Source of the DNA: Eubacteriales bacterium
GTDB lineage: Bacteria; Bacillota; Clostridia; Oscillospirales; CAG-272
Direction: 5' to 3'
Length of the DNA: 26,291 bases
NCBI GenBank assembly: GCA_045576135.1
Contig: JAZNFU010000272.1
Span: 1 to 26,291 of the forward strand
Shown one piece after another: positions 20,290 to 26,291 of the stretch (the first letter of the stretch is position 1; each line of letters opens with the position of its first letter). The notes under the pieces were generated by a model. The model was not told where the DNA came from, did not search any database, and saw only the letters and a list, made by a program, of their open reading frames with translations. The translations under genes and the position numbers were made by a program.

Positions 20290-21543
20290 TTAAAATTCCT
20301 TTACGGCAGGCTTGCCGTCAAGATACGCTATCATATTGTTTACAAGAAGATTCCAGGATTGGAAGCCGGGATTATTGAGTCCCTCGCCGGTGTCGGCGTG
20401 GTAGTATTCGTGCATTTGTCCGCACTCCGCGATATCCCTGCCGAGTGTATAAATAAGCGCTTCGGCAAGCTCCCGCGCCTCTTTTTCGTAACCGTATTTT
20501 ATCAGTGATATGAAGCACATATAGTTTGCGACGCCCCAAACCGGACCGAGCCAGCAGGACGGGTTGCCCGAGGGGATATTTACAAACATTTTTTCAAGCT
20601 TTGATAGCGAGCGAATGCCGTATTTGCCGAGGAAGGTGTCGGGGTTCAACATATTTTCCTCAATGACTCTTTTCGCTCTGTCGGGCGGTGCAATTCCCGT
20701 CCACAGCGCCGTAAAGCCCGACCAGGAGTCGATTCTCATTATCAGCGAGTGCCAATGCCTCGGGCATCCGCTGTGCAGAAATTTGTCGGGGTCCACGGGT
20801 AAGAGATTTATGTCGGCGCTGTAATACGTTCCGCATTTTTCGTCGTAAAGATGCTCGTTTATCGCATCACGCAATTCGCGAGAGCGCAGCTCGTAATTTT
20901 TCGCCTTTTCCTCCGCTCCCGCAAGCCGCCATATATACGCCATAGCCAAAAGCTCACGGTACATAAGCGCGTTCAGATATATCGACGCGGTGCTGCCTTC
21001 GGGTCGGTAAAAAATCGCGGGGTCGTTGTCAACTCCGATAGCGGTGTCGTCGAGGAAGAAATAAAGTCCGGTCGGCTCGTGGCGGCTCGTTTTATCATAC
21101 CATTCGATGAATTTGTCCAGCTTTGGCAGGGCGTGTGAAATTCGGGAAATATCCTCACCCGTGCTTTTCAAAACAAACGCCAAATGCTGTGCAAGGCAGG
21201 GCTTGTGCGCATTTTTCGATTCGGTGATAAATATCGGCTCGCGCTGTCCGTTTATCATAATGGGAATTTTGCCCGAGTCGTCCATATGCTCGAGGAAATT
21301 GAATATACAGCCCCACTCGCACGCCGAAAATTCGGACTCCCTCTCGCCGCCGTTATCGGCAATAATCTGCCTTACGGCAACGTCCGTAAGCCAGCTGTCC
21401 CAGTCCCAAAGGTCGTATTCGTATACCGCCCCGGGAACGATAAACGGATAATTCAGCCGTCCCATAGGCTCGCGGATAAGCTTCGGGTATGACTTTTTTG
21501 AGTATTCTTTTATAATTTTTTTATATGCGGTCAGATCTTTCAT
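20290..21543 (-). CDS. (alpha/alpha)6 glycoside hydrolase, GH63 (MGH1-like) / GH37 trehalase-like
   Basis: LWDWDSW, GVDNDP (candidate acid Asp), WLGPVWGVANY, MHEYYH (candidate base Glu); no signal peptide visible. Confidence 0.75.
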   Translation of the reverse strand: MKDLTAYKKIIKEYSKKSYPKLIREPMGRLNYPFIVPGAVYEYDLWDWDSWLTDVAVRQIIADNGGERESEFSACEWGCIFNFLEHMDDSGKIPIMINGQREPIFITESKNAHKPCLAQHLAFVLKSTGEDISRISHALPKLDKFIEWYDKTSRHEPTGLYFFLDDTAIGVDNDPAIFYRPEGSTASIYLNALMYRELLAMAYIWRLAGAEEKAKNYELRSRELRDAINEHLYDEKCGTYYSADINLLPVDPDKFLHSGCPRHWHSLIMRIDSWSGFTALWTGIAPPDRAKRVIEENMLNPDTFLGKYGIRSLSKLEKMFVNIPSGNPSCWLGPVWGVANYMCFISLIKYGYEKEARELAEALIYTLGRDIAECGQMHEYYHADTGEGLNNPGFQSWNLLVNNMIAYLDGKPAVKEF

Positions 21544-21575
21544 CGGTTCCTCACACGGTTATTTCTTTCTCATTT

Positions 21576-21604
21576 ATTATAGCACAGACCGACGAATACT
21601 TCAA
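21576..21604 (-). promoter_or_regulatory. Putative sigmaA promoter of the glycoside hydrolase
   Basis: Minus strand TTGAAG-N17-TATAAT with TGn extended -10. Confidence 0.65.
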
Positions 21605-21646
21605 TAACCGAGCTGCGAAAATATTTACGTTTTTTTCGTTACACAC

Positions 21647-21675
21647 TTGTAATTCGAATTTCTTCGTGCTACAAT
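21647..21675 (+). promoter_or_regulatory. Putative sigmaA promoter of the lyase-like gene
   Basis: TTGTAA-N17-TACAAT with TGn extended -10. Confidence 0.6.
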
Positions 21676-21779
21676 GGTAGTAACGTATTTAGAGGAAAAT
21701 TTTTGACGGCGTACCGTACGAAAATGCCTTTTAAAGCGTATTCGATTAAACGACGTTGACTTGGTAAATAACGGAGGTT

Positions 21780-22889
21780 ATGAAAATGACGACAATCACT
21801 TATCCTTACGAGGAGCTTTTGAAGCTTAAGGGAAAGGTTTCGGATGCCGCTATTGCAAGGCTTTCGAAAAAAGCGGACGATATTCTCGCTCTGCCGACTC
21901 TGAAGATGACCGACAAAAAGCTTCACGCCCCCTCGGGTAATATACACGATTATATGTCCTGCGGACTTTATTGGTGGCCGAACCCCAACACCCCCGACGG
22001 ACTTCCTTATATAAATAAGGACGGTATAGTCAATCCCGACTCGCACGACGGAATATCGCTCGGTGCTGTTGGCGCAAGAATCAACACGCTCGCCCTTACC
22101 GCCTTTTATATCGACGAGCGCGCGGCGGAGTGCGCTGAGTATGCTGAGCGTCAGCTTTACGACTGGTTTATAAATCCCGAAACCTATATGGCGCCAAACG
22201 CCCGCTACGCACAGGCTATACCCGGTATTTGCGAGGGAAGAAGCACCGGACTTATCGATTTTGCGGTAACCTATCAGCTTATGGACGGTATCGGCATTTT
22301 CCGGGAGCTTGGACTTCTCGGCGCGGAAACGGTAGCGGCGGTAAAGGCTTGGTTCGTTGAGTTTACCAACTGGATGCTCACGCACGAGAACGGTATTGAG
22401 ATGGATAACGGAAATCAGAATATCGGCGCGTGGCACGATTCGCAGATTCTTTCGATGGCTCTTTTCACCGATAGACCTCAGCTTGCGAAAAACATCTGCC
22501 TCACCTCATACCATCGCCGTCTTGAAACGCTTATACGCCCCGACGGCTCGATGCCGACCGAGCTTGCGCGCACGAAGGCTATCGGATATTCCTTCTACGC
22601 CTTCAACGCTATGATGATGATTTCCGCAATGGCGGAGCGTCTCGGCTACAATTATTGGGCGCCCGACGAGAAGCGCGGTGTGAGCATTCTCATATCCGCC
22701 ATAGAGTTTCTTGACCCCTACGTTCGTGACCCCGACAGCTGTCCTTACCCCGATCTTCACCGTGGCACTCACAGACCCGCGCTCAAAAAGGCGCTTCTTG
22801 CCGCAGCCAAAAGATATCCCGACGGCGGATATGCCGAGCGCGCCGAGGCTCTTGGCGTGAATGACGAATATCTTGAGCCTATCCGCTGA
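21780..22889 (+). CDS. Alginate lyase family (PL5-like) protein
   Basis: HDYMSCGLYWWPNP..PDGLPYINKDG.VNPD, WFINPET.MAPN.RYAQ, ELARTKAIGYSFY resemble the alginate-lyase-domain family; GGAGG RBS; no signal peptide. Confidence 0.8.
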   Translation: MKMTTITYPYEELLKLKGKVSDAAIARLSKKADDILALPTLKMTDKKLHAPSGNIHDYMSCGLYWWPNPNTPDGLPYINKDGIVNPDSHDGISLGAVGARINTLALTAFYIDERAAECAEYAERQLYDWFINPETYMAPNARYAQAIPGICEGRSTGLIDFAVTYQLMDGIGIFRELGLLGAETVAAVKAWFVEFTNWMLTHENGIEMDNGNQNIGAWHDSQILSMALFTDRPQLAKNICLTSYHRRLETLIRPDGSMPTELARTKAIGYSFYAFNAMMMISAMAERLGYNYWAPDEKRGVSILISAIEFLDPYVRDPDSCPYPDLHRGTHRPALKKALLAAAKRYPDGGYAERAEALGVNDEYLEPIR

Positions 22890-22965
22890 TTTTGACAACT
22901 AAAATTTGCATATATAGCAAAAATCCGCACAATTTGGCGCATAAGACTTAGTAAAAAACAAATCA

Positions 22966-23005
22966 AAAGCGAAGATGCCACCGCATTTTACGGCATCTTC
23001 GCTTT
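22966..23005. terminator. Bidirectional terminator, perfect 14-bp stem
   Basis: AAAGCGAAGATGCC-N12-GGCATCTTCGCTTT between convergent genes. Confidence 0.8.
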
Positions 23006-23150
23006 GAAATTTTGCGGAAAATCCACCCCCTCGTTGAAAGATTAAAATATCGGGAGGATTTAATTCTTTTTCGTTAAAGTGGTGATAAAGTGCTCCGCGC
23101 ATTTTGTAAAACGCATACACGCGGCTAAAGCTTTGAGTATACTTGAAAGC

Positions 23151-23501
23151 TTATTGATTTTTCAGCGTTGAAACCGAAGAAACAAGCATACGGCGGAGCT
23201 CGATGCATTTGCTGTGAAAATCTTTAAATTCCGCTTCCGAAATAGAGTTCGTATCATAGAGCAGCACAAGCCAATACTCGCTCTCGTTGCATTCCTTGAG
23301 TGCGATTTCAAACTTGGAAATAAAGTCCTTTGTTCCTTGAGCGTATTGCGCTTCGTAAACGTTTGCACCAACGGAAGTTCCACTGCGAAGGAGTTGGTTT
23401 GTCAAAGCGGCTTCAACGCCGTTTTGTTTTAAGGTTCGGCAAAGAAAAACAATATCTTTGGCAAAGTCTTTAGATTTGTTTCTCAAAATACTGTCCGACA
23501 T
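23151..23501 (-). CDS. Four helix bundle protein (23S rRNA IVP / Avd-like family)
   Basis: 116 aa, KSKDFAKDIVFLC...LTNQLLRSGTSVGANVYEAQYAQGTKDFISKFEIALKECNESEYWLVLL, the family pattern (QxxRSxxSxxANxxE...DFxxKxxIAxKExxETxYWL); GAGG RBS. Confidence 0.9.
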   Translation of the reverse strand: MSDSILRNKSKDFAKDIVFLCRTLKQNGVEAALTNQLLRSGTSVGANVYEAQYAQGTKDFISKFEIALKECNESEYWLVLLYDTNSISEAEFKDFHSKCIELRRMLVSSVSTLKNQ

Positions 23502-23514
23502 AATAAACCTCGAA

Positions 23515-23712
23515 GTTTTAAGTTTAGAGTTATGAGTTTGGCGATGCCAAACGTTATGAATTCACTGCGTGAAAGTTATGAGAGTGCTTTGCACTCGTTA
23601 TGATATGATTGCCTGTCTAACTTCAAACGCGGCGAAGCCGCTCATAACTGCGAGCTTTGCGAGCATCATAACTACGCGCAGCGTATCATAACTTGCCGTC
23701 AGGCAATCATAG
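23515..23712. repeat. Inverted array of GTTATGA/TCATAAC heptamers separated by short variable hairpins
   Basis: GTTATGA at 23529, 23553, 23575, 23597; TCATAAC at 23642, 23666, 23686 and TCATAG at 23707; preceded by GTTTTAA-GTTTAGA (23515-23528). The intervening segments are hairpins (see findings). Confidence 0.92.
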
Positions 23713-23721
23713 TTGATTGAA

Positions 23722-23748
23722 TGGGAATAAGCCGCAGGCTTATTCCCA
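23722..23748. repeat. Perfect 12-bp hairpin with GCA loop flanking the array
   Basis: TGGGAATAAGCC-GCA-GGCTTATTCCCA. Confidence 0.85.
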
Positions 23749-23854
23749 CTCGCTTAAATCAGCATTATTCTGAGTGAAATTAGGTATTTTAACGTGCTTT
23801 TTTCAGATAATTCGACCTTCTTTTTCCCCATAATCTATGGAGTCTTTGAAAAAA

Positions 23855-23882
23855 CGGTATCAAAATGGTATCAACGATACCG
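23855..23882 (-). terminator. Probable terminator of the membrane-protein gene, containing GGTATC repeats
   Basis: CGGTATC / GATACCG stem followed on the minus strand by TTTTTT; GGTATCAA repeated at 23856 and 23867. Confidence 0.55.
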
Positions 23883-23955
23883 CCTAAAAACATATTTTTT
23901 CTGTTGTAACTATTGTACCATAACAGTAGAATAAATACAAGAGGTTTGCTGAAAA

Positions 23956-25305
23956 TTAGCGCAATCCTTTCTTTGCCTTTTTGCTTACGAGCGTTACGAG
24001 TAAAGCAAAATAAGAAAGCACGATTATTTCCACGATGAAATGATAGATGTTGACTTGCAAGATATCTACTTGTGTGCGTAAAAAGAGTTCAACACCGCAG
24101 AGAACAGTGAAGGCACCTACCGCAAAACGATGAGCTTTGTGGATGAGATTATCTTTCACAAGAGCAAAGATGATGAGCACAAATCCTACAATGTTCGCAA
24201 GGCTTGAAACATCCTCAATGGAAACATTTATCGTAGAGAAAAGCTGATTGATGACATACGCATCTTGACTCATTATCTCAGGCATAAATACGAATATTAG
24301 ACTACCAGAGATCTGACCTATAAATATTGACAGAGTTTCGCTTAAGAGAATTGTTACACAAGCAGCCGAGAGAAGCTTATTTTTACGTACTCTTTGATAT
24401 TCATATCCGAAATATGTGAGGAAAATCAGAAGCGCAAATTTGATATAAGTATCAAGTGTAGACATTATCGAAACAAGCTGTACGGCAGTTGCCTGCGATA
24501 TTGCCGTGGAGTCAACAAAAATTACACCGGCGGTGTAAACAGCATATATGAAGATTGTAATTACTAAAGAGATAATAGTAGATTTTGATATTGAGTTTTC
24601 GCTATTGTAACTACATTTTTCAAGGAATGAATAAAGGAGATACAGAAGTGCAACCTCTATGAAAGCTCCAACATAATATGCCAACGTATCCAAGAGGATC
24701 TTAAGAACATGTGCGGAATCCGGCGTTTTTATTGCAATGACTCCTATAAAAGATATTGCAGATATGCCGAGGAAAGCCAATGCGTAAAGAGAAAGTTTGC
24801 CTATATTCTTAAAAACGCCTTTATAATAATGGTCGTTATCCATAATGGAATAATTGAAATAAATATCATTCTTTCTAAAACTGTAAACTACGTATATTCC
24901 TATAACGAAAAGCAATGTATAAATAATGCCACTTGGCCCATTGTCTGCAAAATTAAGAGGTTTACCAAGATACAGAACAATAGGCAAATCAAAAGCGAAA
25001 GCCCCCAAAGCTATTTTAATTAGTATTGAAGCAGCTCTGCTATAAAACCTATCTTCTTCCAATTCCGTTCGTTCGTCTTTGTAATATATAAAATGGCGAA
25101 CAAATCCAATTATTAAAGTGATAATCGTACTAATATAAATAGCCACATCGGGAAGCGCAAACCAATAATAGCGGACATTAGATGCATTTCTCAATAAATT
25201 TGCGCAGTGAATTTGTGCAAGTACAAATGTGACAATAAAAGTTATCAGAATAGCTCTTTTTGCTATTTTCCCTTTCACATTTTCAATTCTTTCATCGTAA
25301 AACAT
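23956..25305 (-). CDS. Polytopic membrane protein of unknown function
   Basis: About 449 aa with roughly a dozen hydrophobic segments and a DER motif repeated in the N-terminal part (YDERIE, KDERTE). ATG 25305 follows GGAGGG, 1 nt after the HTH stop (ORF track starts at 25329). Confidence 0.8.
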   Translation of the reverse strand: MFYDERIENVKGKIAKRAILITFIVTFVLAQIHCANLLRNASNVRYYWFALPDVAIYISTIITLIIGFVRHFIYYKDERTELEEDRFYSRAASILIKIALGAFAFDLPIVLYLGKPLNFADNGPSGIIYTLLFVIGIYVVYSFRKNDIYFNYSIMDNDHYYKGVFKNIGKLSLYALAFLGISAISFIGVIAIKTPDSAHVLKILLDTLAYYVGAFIEVALLYLLYSFLEKCSYNSENSISKSTIISLVITIFIYAVYTAGVIFVDSTAISQATAVQLVSIMSTLDTYIKFALLIFLTYFGYEYQRVRKNKLLSAACVTILLSETLSIFIGQISGSLIFVFMPEIMSQDAYVINQLFSTINVSIEDVSSLANIVGFVLIIFALVKDNLIHKAHRFAVGAFTVLCGVELFLRTQVDILQVNIYHFIVEIIVLSYFALLVTLVSKKAKKGLR

Positions 25306-25306
25306 T

Positions 25307-25498
25307 TTATTCCCTCCAAAATAAATCATTGAGCGTAACGCCCAACTCTTTGCATATACGAATACATAATTCTATCGTGGGATTATATACCCCGTTTTCG
25401 ATCATATTGATCGTCTGTCGTGAAACTCCAATGTTTTTTGCAAGATCTGTTTGAGATAAATTTTTCTCAATTCGTGCTTGCTTCATCTTTTCGTTCAT
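25307..25498 (-). CDS. Small XRE-family HTH transcriptional regulator
   Basis: MKQARIEKNLSQTDLAKNIGVSRQTINMIENGVYNPTIELCIRICKELGVTLNDLF; AGGAGG RBS before ATG 25498. Confidence 0.93.
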   Translation of the reverse strand: MNEKMKQARIEKNLSQTDLAKNIGVSRQTINMIENGVYNPTIELCIRICKELGVTLNDLFWRE

Positions 25499-25508
25499 CA
25501 AATCCTCC

Positions 25509-25573
25509 TGTCAAATATATTAGACAATCGGTATTATATCACAAAAAAATGATATTGTCAATTATATTTGACA
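25509..25573. promoter_or_regulatory. Two 18-bp palindromic operators (25509-25526, 25556-25573)
   Basis: TGTCAAATATATTAGACA and TGTCAATTATATTTGACA; one covers the -35, the other lies between the start site and the RBS. Confidence 0.75.
25533..25561 (-). promoter_or_regulatory. Consensus sigmaA promoter of the XRE-membrane protein operon
   Basis: Minus strand TTGACA-N17-TATAAT with TGn extension. Confidence 0.85.
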
Positions 25574-25687
25574 AAAAACAATAAAAACTCACCCACAATA
25601 TTCCTATACTAAATCAATGTTTATACAATTCACATTTGCATATAATAATAGTAGCATTTAAATTGCCAAAAAAGTTTTTGAAATCTA

Positions 25688-25716
25688 TTGACTTCTCACA
25701 ACTTTTTTGATATAAT
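25688..25716 (+). promoter_or_regulatory. Strong sigmaA promoter
   Basis: TTGACT-N17-TATAAT with TGn extended -10 and AT-rich upstream region. Confidence 0.85.
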
Positions 25717-25721
25717 TAAGA

Positions 25722-25890
25722 TGCTAGATGACAGCGTGACTGTTCGTCGTTGCGTTGAAGCATATTTCCGGTTCGGTTTTCGGTTATATGTGGAGCATCG
25801 TATCGGGCGGGTACTGCCGCAGACCGAATAGGTATCTACCGAAATAAAGTACCGACCAAGCCACACGAAAGTGTGGCTTTCTCATTTGTT
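25722..25890 (+). ncRNA. Candidate structured RNA (leader or antitoxin) between promoter and terminator
   Basis: About 165 nt, GC-richer than its flanks, bounded by a promoter and a terminator, with several complementary segments (see findings). No known family recognised. Confidence 0.55.
25858..25890 (+). terminator. Intrinsic terminator-like hairpin upstream of the PBECR4-like gene
   Basis: AAGCCACAC-GAAA-GTGTGGCTT followed by TCTCATTTGTT; ends just before the AGGAG RBS. Confidence 0.75.
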
Positions 25891-25902
25891 AGGAGTGTCG
25901 AA

Positions 25903-26291
25903 ATGTGTCTATTTTTACAAGCTACAACCGCATGGACGGATTTAATGACAACAGAATATATCTTTATCCTTGGTTATAAGAACAAAGAATACAATCTCCA
26001 TTTGATTTTTGAAAAGGCTAATTTTTATCATTTATCTGGTATGCACTATGCCAAAGATGTTGATTTTAAAATTACCCCCAACAAAATGTATGGTGAAAAA
26101 CTAATTGATTTGATAGCTTCAAATAAAATTAATGCATGTGACATTGAAAAATCGAAAAATTGGGAGAAAATAAAGGGGCGGCTGGAAGGCATCATTACTT
26201 TGAAAAAAATTTTAGAGTCGAATTTTTTAATTTATCGATTCGCCCCAAACAAACTTGGATTCAACTCTGAAATTTCAGCAAAGTACTTAAT
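25903..26291 (+). CDS. PBECR4-like putative endoribonuclease (3'-truncated by window edge; absent from ORF track)
   Basis: AGGAG RBS, then an uninterrupted frame MCLFLQATTAWTDLMTTEYIFILGYKNKEYNLHLIFEKANFYHLSGMHYAKDV...NWEKIKGRLEGIITLKKILESNFLIYRF...FNSEISAKYL. The Y-x-I-x-LG-x-K...F-x-K-x-x-F-x-HL-x-G-x-H pattern is what I recall for PBECR4 (BECR-fold) proteins; not confirmed by search. Confidence 0.68.
   Translation, partial: MCLFLQATTAWTDLMTTEYIFILGYKNKEYNLHLIFEKANFYHLSGMHYAKDVDFKITPNKMYGEKLIDLIASNKINACDIEKSKNWEKIKGRLEGIITLKKILESNFLIYRFAPNKLGFNSEISAKYL

Noticed and set aside
23151-23501. 23S rRNA intervening sequence
   Set aside because: No rRNA sequence flanks the gene; the family name is historical.
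23515-23712. CRISPR array
   Set aside because: Repeats are 7 bp and switch orientation, spacers are 13-17 bp and self-complementary, and there are no cas genes.
23151-23748. Diversity-generating retroelement (Avd-like gene plus hairpins)
   Set aside because: No reverse transcriptase and no TR/VR repeat pair with adenine-specific mismatches in the window.
25722-25890. Known riboswitch or T-box
   Set aside because: I recognise no T-box, SAM, c-di-GMP, TPP, FMN or purine consensus; kept only as an unassigned RNA pending an Rfam search.

Overview
Bacillota (probably Clostridia; inferred from hrcA/CIRCE, Firmicutes-type DnaK, AddA and sigmaA promoters) chromosomal window. Left to right: 5'-truncated rnj; an orphan Sfp-like PPTase; an AraC regulator divergent from a glycyl radical enzyme with an unusual GCWD active-site loop and its radical-SAM activase; an intergenic stretch with repeated DnaA boxes; a membrane protein; a heat-shock cluster (CIRCE-clpB, broken by one in-frame TAA; CIRCE-hrcA-grpE-dnaK-dnaJ); truB; addA without addB; a divergent pair of cytoplasmic carbohydrate enzymes (GH63/GH37-like and PL5-like). 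From about 23.1 kb the DNA becomes visibly AT-rich and accessory, and holds the two best leads. (1) A four-helix-bundle (Avd/IVP-like) gene whose upstream region is an inverted array of GTTATGA heptamers separated by different short hairpins. (2) A strong promoter, a ~165-nt structured leader and a terminator in front of a PBECR4-like putative RNase gene that runs off the window and is missing from the ORF track, an architecture like type III (RNA antitoxin) toxin-antitoxin loci. All family calls come from motif recognition by eye; no database search or folding was run.
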